64,000 nt of DNA from the human T2T-CHM13v2.0 reference genome, Homo sapiens. The stretch lies in assembly GCF_009914755.1 (NCBI RefSeq), contig NC_060934.1. One strand, 5' to 3'. The notes beneath the pieces were generated by a model that was not told where the DNA came from, searched no databases, and saw nothing but the letters and a program-made list of their open reading frames with translations. Shown piece after piece: positions 13,401 through 25,466 of this stretch; the stretch's first letter is position 1, and every line of letters begins with the position of its first letter. A program made the position numbers and the translations under genes.

Positions 13401-13487
13401 AAGCTCTAGTACAATGAAGATATAGAGATGCTTAAAGCAATGTAGCTATTATTGATATTTTATATTACATATACATAATTTCAGGTT

Positions 13488-13525
13488 TGTGTGTGTATAA
13501 ATATACATATGTGTGTGTATATATA

Positions 13526-13562
<37 letters not shown>

Positions 13563-13563
13563 T
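13488..13563. repeat. (TG)n/(TA)n compound microsatellite
   Basis: Direct read. Confidence 0.9.
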
Positions 13564-13790
13564 TGGGATATCAGTATAGGCAGAGCAAATTGAACGGAGA
13601 AACGAGACATGAGTAAGCCCTACATCTACCCAGGATTCAATTAATTGGTGGTGCAGCCTTTGATTAACTGAGAGGACTTAGAGTTCCAAATTCATCCCAG
13701 CCCCAAGCCATGGCCACCACAGTTCTGGTCTGAGTGAGGAAGACCTCTGCATTCTGTTGCTCAAGTCTCAGAGATAAAAAAGGGCTTCCT

Positions 13791-14051
13791 TGATCATGTG
13801 ATTTTTGTTTTTAATTCTGTTTATGTGGTGTGTAATATTTATTGATTTGTGGATGTCAAACCATCCCTGCATCCCTGGTATGAAACCCACTTGATCATGG
13901 TGTTTTTTTCTTTTTGATATGGTGTTGGATTTGACTATAGCTAGTATTTTGTTTAGGATTCCAGCATCTATGTTCATCAGAGATACTGGTCTGTAGTTTT
14001 CTTTTTTTGCTATGTTTTTTCCTGGTTTTGGTATTAAGGAAATACTAGCTT

Positions 14052-14055
<4 letters not shown>
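13791..14055 (-). repeat. ~265-bp local copy of L1 ORF2 (RT-region) segment 16398-16661
   Basis: Same orientation, about 8 differences by manual alignment; both copies translate as [44 protein letters not shown]. Confidence 0.95.
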
Positions 14056-14106
<51 letters not shown>

Positions 14107-14152
14107 GTATATGTATGTGTATATATGTGTGTATACACACACACACAAACAC
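14056..14152. repeat. (CA)n/(TA)n microsatellite at the end of L1PB ORF2
   Basis: Direct read; about 23 uninterrupted CA units. Confidence 0.95.
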
Positions 14153-15171
14153 ATTTTCTTTACTTGTTGATTGATTGGTGGGCATTTGGGGTGATTCCAT
14201 ATTTTTGCAATGGCTAATTGTGCTGCTGTAAACATCCGTGTCCATGTATCTTTTTCAATTAATGATTGCTTTTCCTCTAAATAGATACCCATTAGTGGAT
14301 TGCTGGATCAAATGGTAGATCTACTTTTAGCTATTTAAGTAATCTCCACACTGTTTTCCATAGTGGTTGTACTAGCTTACGTTCCCACCAGCAGTGTAAA
14401 AGTGTTCCCTTTTTACCACTTCCATACCAATATATATTATTTTTTGATTATGGCCATTCTTGCAGGAGTAAGGTGGTAACACCTTGCAATTTTGATTTGC
14501 ATTTCCCTGATCATTAGTGATGTGGTGCATTTTTTTCATACGTTTCTTGGGCATTTGTATATCTTCTTTTGAGAGTTGTCTGTTTATGTCCTTAGCCCAC
14601 TTTATAATGGCATTGTTTGTTTTTTTCTTTCTGATTTGTTTGAATTCCTTGTAGATTCTGGCTTTTAGTCTTTTGCTGGATGCACAGTTTGAGAAGATTT
14701 TCTCCCACTCTGTGGGTTGTCTGTTTACTCTGCTGATTAGTTCTTTTGCTAGGCAGATGCTTTTTAGTTTAATTAAGTCCCATCTATTTATCTTTGTTTT
14801 TGTTGCATTTGCTTTTGGGTTCTTGGTCATGAAGTCTTTGCCTAAGCCAATGTCCAGAAGGGTTTTTCCAATGTTATCTTCTAGAATATTTATAGTTTCA
14901 GGTCTTAGATTTCAGTCTTTGATCTATCTTCAGTTGGTTTTTGTGTAAGGTGAGAAACGAGTATCCAGCTTCCTTCTTCTTTCTACATGTGGCTTAGCAA
15001 TTATTCCAGCACCATTCGTTAAATAGAGTACCCTTTCTTTATGTTTTTGTTTGCTTTGTCGAAAATTAGTTGGCTGTAAATATTTGGCTTTATTTCTAGG
15101 TTCTCTATTCTGTTCCATTGGTCTATGTGCCTATTATTGTACCTGTGCCATGCTGTTTGGCTGACAATGGC

Positions 15172-15540
15172 TGATATGGATTGGCTGTGTCTCCACCCAA
15201 ATCTTATCTTGAATTGTAGCTTGCACAATTTCCACATGTTGTGGGAGGGACCCAGTGGTAGGTAATTGAATCATGGGGCAGGTCTTTCCTGTGCTGTTCT
15301 CGTGATAGTGAAGAAGTCTTATAAGATCTAATGGTTTTATAAGGGGGAGTTTCCCTGCATAAGCTCTCTATTTTTGCCTGCTGCCATCCATGTAAGACGT
15401 GACTTGCCTCTCCTTGCCTTCTGCATGATTGTGAGGCTTCTCCAGCCATGTGGAATTGCAAGTCCATTAAATCTCTTTCCTCTATAAATTACCCAGTCTT
15501 GGATATGTCTTTATTAGCAGCATGAAAATGGACTAATACA
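15172..15540 (+). mobile_element. THE1 (THE1B-like) solo LTR in L1 ORF2
   Basis: tgatatggattggctgtgt...aatggactaataca, 369 bp, 5-bp TSD ATGGC (15167-15171 and 15541-15545). Confidence 0.95.
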
Positions 15541-17614
15541 ATGGCCTTATAGTATAGTTTGAAGTTGGGTGATGTGATGTCTACAGATTTGTGGGTTTTT
15601 TTTTTTGCTCAGTCTTGCTTTGGCTGTGTGGGCTCTTTTTTAGTTCCACATGAATTTTAGGATTGTTTTTTCCAGTTCTGTGAAGAATTATAGAGGTACT
15701 TAGATGGGAATTTCATTGAATTTGTAGATAGCTTCTGGGAATATGGTTATTTTTACAATATTGATCCTACCCATTCATGAGTAAGGAATGTGTTTCCATT
15801 TGTATGTGTCATCTATTTCTTTCAGCAGTATATGTATATTGTACTTTTCCTTGTAGAGGTCTTTCCTGTCCTTGATTAGGTATATTCCTAAGTATTTTGT
15901 TTTTTTGCAGCTGTGTAAAAGGGGTTTAGTTCTTAATTTGATTCTCACCTTGGTCATTATTGATGTATGGCAGTGCTACTGATTTGTGTACATTAATTTT
16001 GTATCCTGAAAGTTTACTGAGTTCATTCATCAGTTCTCTGAGCTTTTTGGAGGAGTCTTTAGGGTTTTCTAGGTATACAATCATATCATCATCAAACAGT
16101 GACAGTTTGACTTTATCTATCTGATACCCTTTATTTCTTTCTTTTGTCCAATTGATCTGACTAGGACTTCCAGTACTATGTTGAATAGAAGTAGTGAAAG
16201 TGGACATCTTTGTATTGTTCCAGTTCTCAGGGGGAAAGCTTTCAACTTTTCCTTATTCAGTATAATGTTGGCTGTAGATCTGTCGTAGATAGTTTTTATT
16301 ACCTTTAGGTAAATCTCTTCTATGTTGATTTTGATGAGGGTTTGAATTATAGAAAGATGCTAGGTTTTGTCAAATGCTTTTTCTGCATCTATTGAGATGA
16401 TCATGTGATTTTTGTTTTTAATTCTGTTTATGTGGTGTGTAATATTTATTGATTTGTGGTTGTCAAACCGTCCCTGCATCCCTGGTATGAAACCCACTTG
16501 ATCATGGTGGATTTTCTTTTCGATATGCTGTTGGATTTGACTATAGCTAGTATTTTGTTTAGGATTCCAGCATCTATGTTCATCAGAGATACTGGTCTGT
16601 AGTTTTCTTTTTTTGCTATGTTTTTTCCTGGTTTTGGTATTAGGGAAATACTAGCTTCATAGAGTGATTTAGGGAGGATTCCCTCTTTCTCTATATTTTG
16701 GAATAATGTAAATAGGATTGGTACCAATTCTTCTTTGAATGTATGAAAGAATTCAGCTGTGAAGGACATTTTTGGTGACAATTTTTTATTACCATTTTAA
16801 TCTTGCTGCTTGTTATTGGTCTGTCCAGAGTTTCTAATTCTTCCTGGTTTAATCTAGAATGGTTGTATATTTTCAGGAACTTATCACTCTCCTCTAGGAT
16901 TGCTACTTTGTGTGAGTAAAGGTGTTCATAGAGCCTTGAATGATCTTTTGTATTTCTGAGGTGCTTGAAGTTTCTCCTGTTTCATTTCTAATTAAGCTTA
17001 TTTGCATCTTCTCTCTTCTTGGTTAATCTCATTAATTGTCTATCAATTTTGATTACCTGTTCAAAGAAACAGCTTTTTGTTTCATTCATCTTTCATGTTG
17101 CTTTTTGATTCAATTTAATTTAGTTCTGCTCTGATCATTGTTATTTCTTTTCTTCTGTTGGGTTTGGGTTTGGTTTGTTCTTGTTTCTCTAGTTCCTTTA
17201 GGTATGACCTTAGAGTGCCTATCCTTCAGACTTTTGTAGGCATTCAGTGCTTGGCTTTTGCTGTATTACAGAGGTTTTGATAGCTTGTTTTACTATTATC
17301 ATTTAGTTCAAGAATTTTTAAATTTTCATCTTGATTTCATTGTTGACTCAATGATCATATGTAAGCAAGTTATTTAATTTTCATGTATTTGCATGGTTTT
17401 GCGGGTTCCCTTTGGAGTTGATTTCTAATTTTATTCCACTGTGGTCTAAGAGAGTATTTGATATAATTTTGATTTTCTTAAATTTATTGAGACCTGTTTT
17501 GTGACCTATCATATGGTCTCCCTTGGCAAATGTTCCATGTGGTGATGAATAGAATGTATATTCTGCAGTGGTTGGGTAGAATGTTCTGTAAATACCTGTG
17601 AAGTCTATTTGTTC

Positions 17615-18236
17615 TATTTGCAATTGCAAAAATGTGGAACCAACACAAAGGCCCATCAATCAATGACTGGATAAAGAAACTGTGGTGTATATATACATAC
17701 ATACATATATATATATGTGTGTGTATATATATATGTGTATGTGTATATGTGATACATATGTATATATACATATGTATATATACATACATATATGCTTATA
17801 TATACATATATACACATATATATGTATGTATATATACACATATGTATCTCATATATATGATGGAATTCTAGTCAGCCATAAAAAGGAATGAATTAATGGC
17901 ATTCACAGCAAGGTGAATGAGGTTTGAAATTATTATTCTAAGTGAAGTTATTCAGGATTGGAAAACCAAACATCACATGTTCTCACTCATAACTGAGAAC
18001 TATGTTATGAGGATGCAAAGATATAAGAATGACAGAATAGACTTTGGGGATTCAGGGAGAAAGGGTGGAAAGTGGCTGAGGGATAAAAGACTACAAATTG
18101 GGTTCAGTGTATACTGCTTGGGTGATGGGTGGATGGGGTGTACCAAAATCTTACAAATCACCACTAAAGAACTTACTCACGTAACCAAATATCACCTGTT
18201 TCACCAAAACCTAGGGACATAAAAATATTTTTTTAA
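17615..18236 (+). mobile_element. 5'-truncated L1PB1 3' end, antisense to host L1
   Basis: gaggatgcaaagatataagaatgac..gactttgggga..gggataaaagactacaaattgggt..caaatcaccactaaagaactt; TSD GTCTATTTGTTC at 17603-17614 and 18239-18250; internal (TA/CA)n expansion 17686-17858. Confidence 0.92.
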
Positions 18237-19348
18237 ATGTCTATTTGTTCCAGGTATAGATTAAGTCCATTCTTTCTTTGTTTACCTTTTGTTTTAATGA
18301 CATGTCTAGTGCTGTCAGTGGAATATTGAAGTCCCCCACTATTATTGTTTTGCTCTCTATCTCATTTGTTAGGTCTAGTAGCAATTGTTTAATAAAGTTA
18401 GGAGAGCCAGCGTCGGGTGCATATATATTTAGGATTGTGATATTTTATTGGGCTAGTCGTTTTATCATTATATAATGTCCCTCTTTGTCTTTTTTTACTG
18501 TTGTTGCTTTAAAGTGTGTCTTGTTCTGATATAAGATTAGCTACTCCTGCCCACTTTTGGTGTCCATCTGCATGAAATATCTTTTCAACCCTCTCACCTT
18601 AAGTTTATGTGAGTTCTTATTTGTTAGGTGAGTCTCTTGAAGGCAGCAGATACTTGGTTGGTCAAATCATCCATTCTGCCATTCTCTTTTTTAAGTGGAG
18701 CATTTAGGCCATTTACATTCAACATTAGTATCGAAAAGTGAGGTGCTATTCTATTTATCTCACTAGTTATTGCCTTTTTTAAAAATGTGTTATTGTATTT
18801 TAGGTCCTGTGACATTTATGCTTTAAGGGAGTTCTATTGTGGTGTATTTCAAAGATTTGTTTCAAGATTTAGAGGTGCTTTTAATAGTTCTTATAGTGCT
18901 GGCTTGGTACTAGTGAATTCTCTCAGCATTTGTTTTTTTGAAAAAGATTGTATCTTTCCTTCATTTATGAAGCGTAGTTTCTGGACACAAAATTCTTGGC
19001 TGATAATCATTTTGTTTAAGGAGGCTGAAGATAGGGCCCCAGTTCCTTTTAGCTTGTAGGGTTTCTGCTGAGAAATCTGCTGTTAATCTGATAGGTTTTC
19101 TTTTATAGGTTACCTGGTGCTTTTGCCTCACAGCTCTTAAGATTCTTTCTTTCAAATTGACTTCAGATAACCTGGTGACTATGTGCCTATGCAATGATCT
19201 TTTTGTGAAGAATTTTCTGGGTCTTCTTTGAACTTCTTATGTTTAGATGTCTAGATCTCCAGGAAGGCCAGAGACATTTTTCTTGATTTCCTCAAATATG
19301 TTTTCCAAACTTTTACATCTCTCTTTTTACTCGGAACACCAATTATTC

Positions 19349-19896
19349 TTTTTTTTTTTTTTTTTTAGTAGAAGTACTGTTTACTATAGACAGTTTTTTA
19401 AAATCATGGGATCCACATTCATACAGTTACATGTGACATTGCCTGAACTCAAATCCTCATATAATACACCTTCTTTTATTACATACTACACTACTGTACC
19501 TCTAAGCAGGCAAGAATATGCTAAACAGCACCTGATAGCTGCCAGCAAATTAAAAATATCCTGTATCTGTCATTTCTTACAATTCCAATAAGAATTTTCA
19601 ATCTAACTTCCTAACGTCTCAGTAAAGCTTTTTCTTTCTTTTTTTTTTAATTATACTTTAAGTTCTGGGATACATGGGCAGAATGTCCAGGTTTGTTACA
19701 TAGATATACATGTGCATTGGTGGTTTGCTATACCCATCAACTTGTCATCTAGGTTTTAAGCCCCTCTTGCATTAGGGGCTTATGCTCTCCCTCCCCTTGC
19801 CCCTCACCCACTGACAGGCCCCAGGGTGTGATGTTCTCCTCCCTGCATCCACGTGTTCTCATTGTTCAACTCCCACCTATGAGGGAGAACATGCGG
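19349..19896 (-). mobile_element. 5'-truncated L1PA8-like insertion with 3' transduction
   Basis: L1 3' UTR 19649-19896 (ttatactttaagttctgggatacat..catctaggttttaagcccc), first tail 19629-19648, unique 19367-19628, second tail 19349-19366; TSD AACACCAATTATTCTT at 19335-19350 and 19899-19914. Confidence 0.9.
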
Positions 19897-22800
19897 GAAA
19901 CACCAATTATTCTTAGTTTTAGTCATTTATTCATTTAACATAACCCCAAACTTGGAGGCTTTGTTCATTTTTTAAAAATCTTTTTTCTTTGTCTTTGTTG
20001 TATTGGGTTAATTTCAAAGCCTTGTCTATGGGCTCTGAAGTTTTTCTTCTGCTTGTTTGATTCTATTGTTGAGACTTTCCAGTGTCTTTTGCATTTCTCT
20101 AAGTGTGTCCTTCATTTCCAAAGGTGTGACTGTTTTTTATTTATGCTGTCAATTTCTCTGGTGATTTTTCTGTCTATATTCTATATTATTATTCTTTTTT
20201 TAATTTCTTTAAATTGGTATTCACCTTTCTTTGGTGCCTTCTTGAGTAGCTTAATAATTGGCCTTCTGAATTCTTTTTTTTTTTTTTGGCAATTCAGAGA
20301 TTTCTTTTTGGTTTGGATTCATTGCTTGTGAGTTAATGTGATCTTTTGGGGGTGTTAAACAACCTTGTTTTGTCATATTACCAGGATTGTTTTTCTGGTT
20401 CTTTCTCATTTGGGTAGACTATGTCAGAGGGAAGATCTGGGACTCAAGGGCTGTTGTTCAAGTTCTTTTGCCCCACTGGGTGCTCCCTTGACATGGTGTT
20501 CTCTCCCTTCCCCTGGAAATGGGGCTTCCTGAGACCCAAAGTACAGTGATTGTTATTTCTCTTCTGGGTCTAGCCACTCAGCAGAACTTCTGTCCTCCTG
20601 GCTGATACTGGAGAGTGTCTGCAAAGAATCCTGTGTTGTGATCCATCTTCAGGTCTCTTAGTCGTGGACACTAGCACCTGCTCTGGTGGAGGTAAAAGGG
20701 GAGTGAAGTGGACTCTGTATGGGTCCTAGGTCATAGTTTTTTTGGCCTCCATCCAGGAGGTGGTGCTTTCAAGAGAGCATCAGTTGCAGTAGTATAGGGG
20801 GGATATAAGCTAGCCCTAGGGTCACCTGGATAAGTATTCAGGTTTCTCAGGTGGTGGATGGGGCCATAAAGCTCTCCAGAGATTATGTCCTTTGATTTTG
20901 ACTACCAGGGTAGGGGCAGGGTTAGGGGTGTTGGATCTCAGACCCTCCTTTGGCAGGGTTGCTGAAGCTGCCCTGGGAAATGGGGGAGTGGTTCTCAGGC
21001 TGATTAAGTTACCTTACCAGGAGGATTATGACTGCCTCTCCTGCATCATACAGGTCACCTGGGAAGTGAGGGAAAGCCAGCAGTGACAGACCTCACCCAG
21101 CTCCTACACAGCCCAAAAGGCCAGCCTCACTCTCATGGTGCTCCCCCAGCAGCACTGAGTTTATTTCCTGGCAGCCAGTCAGCAGGGCTGAGAACTTGCC
21201 CCAGGCTACAAGACCACCCCACTGAGAAAGCAAGCAGAACTTTCAGGTTCCTTACCCCCCTACCTGCCATGGCTTTTGTGTTTGTATCTGTACTCCCAGT
21301 TTGCCCCCTCCCCCCGATTCTGTCCGGGAAACTTTGAGTTTAGTCAAAATTGTTACAAAGCTCAGCTGGAAGTTTCCTTCTCGCTGTGGTCTTTCCTTAA
21401 TTCCACTGGCAGCCCTCCTCAAGGACACCTGCAGGACAAAGTCAGGAATGGCTTTACTGGGGACCAAGAGTGCCCACAGGGCTGTTTCTGCTGCTTCCTC
21501 TACCCCTATATTTTATCCAGCTCTCTAAATTCATCTCAGCTCCAGATAAGATCCTTCTCCCGTGATCTGACCCTTCACTTTCCCCAGTGAGAATGTGTGT
21601 TTTCACGGGCAGGTGATTCCCCTCTCACATTTTGGACATTCAGTTTTTCAGCTGTCTCACAGAGCCTGCAGTAGCAAGCCACTTCCTTCAAAGGGTCTGC
21701 GGATTTTCTCAGCTTTCCCAGCATGTTCCTGGGGTAGTTCTTGGAGCAAAAGTTCACAACAATGTGTGTCTCCACACATTGTTCTGTCTGTCTGGGTGGG
21801 AGCTGCAACTAAGTCCTGCCTCCTATCTATCATTTTTTCTAAACTATTCTTTGGTTTTCTATTTTTTTTTTTTCTTCTGAAACTATTCTGATCTCCTGTT
21901 TGTGGCTTCTTCAGCATTCATCTACTGCCTTTGTTTGATAGGGAATTGAATATTTATAATAGTTTTTTATTGCTTTTAAACTTATTTTGACAATACACTC
22001 CAATTTCATGCGTGACTTACTTCTTCACACTTTTTGATCTATTTTACTTTATTCTGAGTGTATCTGAAATGGTTACACTTTTTATCCAAACTGTGGAACT
22101 GCAGCATGCTGAGTTATGCCTTTCATTAGTTCATCAAGGAATTGATACCTAAATGGAATGATACAGGCTTCTTAGCCTTACCAACAATATGAAATATTTT
22201 AAAACAGACAAATGAATAGAAATAGATTAAATAAAATTACCGAGTAGAGTTGCAGGGTGGCTCATGGAAACCTGACCGTCAATTTTTTACTCCAGCATGT
22301 CTAGTGAACATCATTCAACAACTTCTTTTGTTGCTCAGTTGAAGAAATGTTAATTTGATTAGTGCTGGAAGGAAGAAAACAAAACAAAACTAACTGTCTA
22401 AATTATTGAGTATATTGGTCTATAAAGCAATAATTTTTTTAAAAGTTTAAAAGTATAATTGACATGCCCATTTTTTCAATTATTACCTTTATAAAATAAA
22501 TTTACACCTTGACCCCCAAATACATAAAATAGTCTTTCTCATGTCTTTCTTACCCAGGCTCACTAAATTAATCACTAAATCTGTGATGCTGTCTGCTGAA
22601 ACTGGATTGATTATTTTTCCCTCCTTTACTTTTACCTAAAGTTAAGCCATTCATGCAGGTACCAAACCTCAGTCAACAGGAGTGTGACTTTCCCTGTCTG
22701 GGCTAATTGTCAATGATTTAAGACATACTCTTTCAAAAAAGCTCTTGTACATATAGATAAATTGTAAACTTTGGAAAACCGAAGACAGTATAGTTTTTCT

Positions 22801-23339
22801 TTTTTCAGGGAGGAGATAGTCATTGAATTGCATTTCTTTGGGGAATTATTTACTGAATCAACAGATAATCAGAAATTGTGATCTGTTGGACTCTTTCTTT
22901 TGTGTTTAGTCCAGTAGATTAGTAAATGCTTATTTAATAAATCACATATTCATTACTTCATCCCTATACTGAACATCAAGTAGGATACATAGCACTCAAT
23001 AGGTAAGTTGTTTAAAAATAAATGAAAACATTAGTGAATAATATTCATTTAAGGTTTGAGAGAGAAAGGATGTTTATGGTTAATATTTTGGCAACTGCTC
23101 TGAGTAGATAACTCTACTTTCTAGGATCAACCACAATTGTCTATCACTAGAATATCTCTAAAAACTTCCTAAGTAGATGGAGTTCATAATAATTAGGTAG
23201 AAAATAAATAATAAATTTTGATAAAATATTTAAATCACTATTTTCATCAAAGACATCGAATGACCAAAATGTAATTGTCCTGGAAAACTTGCCTTCTAAA
23301 AAAATTTAGAGGATTAGGTAACTCCAGAATAATATTTAA

Positions 23340-23724
23340 GTTTTGTTTGTTTGTTTTTTGTTTATGTGTGTGTGTGTGTGGGGGGGGGTTGTTTGTTTGT
23401 TTGTTTGTTTTGAGACTGAGTCTCACTCTGTTGCCCAGCTGGAGTGCAGTGGTATGATCTCAGCTCACTTCAACCACCATCTCCTCAGCTCAAGGGATCC
23501 TCCCACCTCAGCCTCCTGAGTGGCTGGAACTGTAGGTATAGGTGCATGATACCATGGCATATATATATATATTTTTTGTTTGTTTGTTTGTTTGTTTGTT
23601 TTGTTTTGTTTGGTAGAGATGGGGTTTCATAATGTTACCGAGGCTGGTCTTAAACTCCTGGGCTCAAGTGTTCTACCCATCCTGGCCTCCCAAAGTGTTA
23701 GGCTTGCATGTGTGAGCCACTGCG
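23340..23724 (-). mobile_element. AluJ with decayed (GTTT)n/(TG)n tail
   Basis: gctcaagggatcctcccacctcagcctcc and aactcctgggctcaag are AluJ-type. Confidence 0.92.
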
Positions 23725-24149
23725 TTTAAAATAAGTTACAAAACCCAAACCAAAAAAAAGTATCTATGATCAAGAATAGGTGACATTTGCAAGTTACTTT
23801 ATAAAAGAAATATGTGGCTTCTGCATCACTGTGTCATATCAACCCTAGTGCCTAATATAGGAACAACCATGAACTTTGAACATTGACTATGCAAAAAAAA
23901 AAAAAAGAGGACAGACTTCATTTTATTGTTTAAATATTCTGCCATCATGCTCCAGTATATATTAATTTAAGTTTAAAAGTTTTGACATATTTATTAATGT
24001 GGAATAAAATACATTTTATATTTATAAGCCCACAACCAATAGTTCCATGCATGATGCTGATTAACAGCAGTGTGACAAATTGAAAACATTTTATTTCTCT
24101 AGGTATTTGATTATGATCATTGATCTTAACTAAGAAAATTTCATCTTCT

Positions 24150-24310
24150 ACCAAAATTACAGCTGCTAAAATTAATAAATATTTTACTTTTTTATCTGTA
24201 GGATTAAAATAATACCACATTCTCATGAAGATGTTTGAAGATTAGTTTAGATAGATAGAATGTACCTGGCATATATATAAAGAATGAATACATGTAGTGA
24301 CTAATAATTT
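24150..24310 (+). mobile_element. MIR
   Basis: ttatctgtaggattaaaataataccacattctcatgaagatgtttgaagatta...gtacctggcatata. Confidence 0.55.
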
Positions 24311-24535
24311 CATCATAAAAATTATTATTGTAATGGTTATTATATTTTCTAGCCACTGATCCACATGGAATTTGGCCTTGACATTGAAGAGTAGGATTTC
24401 TGGACCAGTATGGAACTTTTTGTCATAGTACAATTCCTGTACCATCATAATCCAAGATAGCATTTAGTTAGAATAAAAACAGAACTATTTAAAACCTTAA
24501 GAATGAGATATTGAATCATTATGGCCCACAGATTA

Positions 24536-24895
24536 TGTATTAGTCCATTTTCATGCTGCTGATAAAGACGTACCTGAAACTGGATAATTTATAAAGAAAA
24601 AAGAGGTTTAATGGACTCACAGTTCCACGTGGCTGGAGAGGACTCACTATCATGGTGGAAGACAAAAGGCATGTCTTACATGGTGGCAGGCAAAAAAAGG
24701 GAGATTGTCCAGGGAAACTCCACCTTATAGAACCATGAGATTTCATGAGACTTATTCACTACCACAAGAGCAGTATGGGGGAAACCACCACCATGATTCA
24801 ATTATCTCCCACCAGGTCCCTCGCACAACAAGTGGGGATTATGTGAGCTACAATTCAAGATGAGATTTGGGTGGGTACACAGTCAAATCCTATTA
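24536..24895 (-). mobile_element. THE1 (THE1B/C-like) solo LTR
   Basis: tgtattagtccattttcatgctgctgataaagac...gagatttgggtgggtacacagtcaaatcctatta; TSD GATTA (24531-24535 and 24896-24900). Confidence 0.95.
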
Positions 24896-25181
24896 GATTA
24901 TTAAATACAAATTGCAAAGTATTGGGAAACAAGTGTTTTCCATAAACACATGTTCAGATTGAATTCTATCTATAAAAAAGCAGCTCTCTCCCAAAAGTAT
25001 TTCTGTGGTATGCTCAGAGCAGGCAATCATCTTATCTCTAGGAGTAAATTTAAACTAAAAGTCGGCTATGAGGCTGACAACGTTTCTACAGGATAGTCTT
25101 CCAAGTCAGAAAGGTCACTGATTTGGTCTATCTTGTCTTGTTTAGACAGCCTTGAGCTGCTGTCTGCCTAGCCCTTTTCAC

Positions 25182-25466
<285 letters not shown>

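Larger units (their letters stand above)
14056..21838 (-). mobile_element. Near full-length decayed L1PB (L1PBa-type 5' UTR, ORF1, ORF2); 3' UTR missing; three nested insertions
   Basis: ORF1 remnant KERILRAVRQKHQVTYKRKPIRLTADFSAETLQ (18961-19194); EN start SILMLNVNGLNAPLK (~18740); RT motif [16 protein letters not shown] (15926-16207); C-terminal [24 protein letters not shown] (14372-14830); 5' UTR ~20400-21838. Many stops and frameshifts. Confidence 0.93.

Noticed and set aside
13768-14292. Longest ORF (174 aa), an apparent chimeric protein
   Set aside because: Accidental read-through of the L1 ORF2 end, a (TG)n repeat (CVCV...) and the duplicated RT segment; no evidence of a gene
14372-19194. 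L1 ORF1/ORF2 peptide fragments as functional CDS
   Set aside because: Many stops, frameshifts, deletions and nested insertions; the element is dead
22809-23002. Possible plus-strand exon (ttttctttttttcAG ... AG|GTAAGT)
   Set aside because: The donor lies in a probable L2 remnant and there is no supporting ORF; such pairs are common in AT-rich DNA
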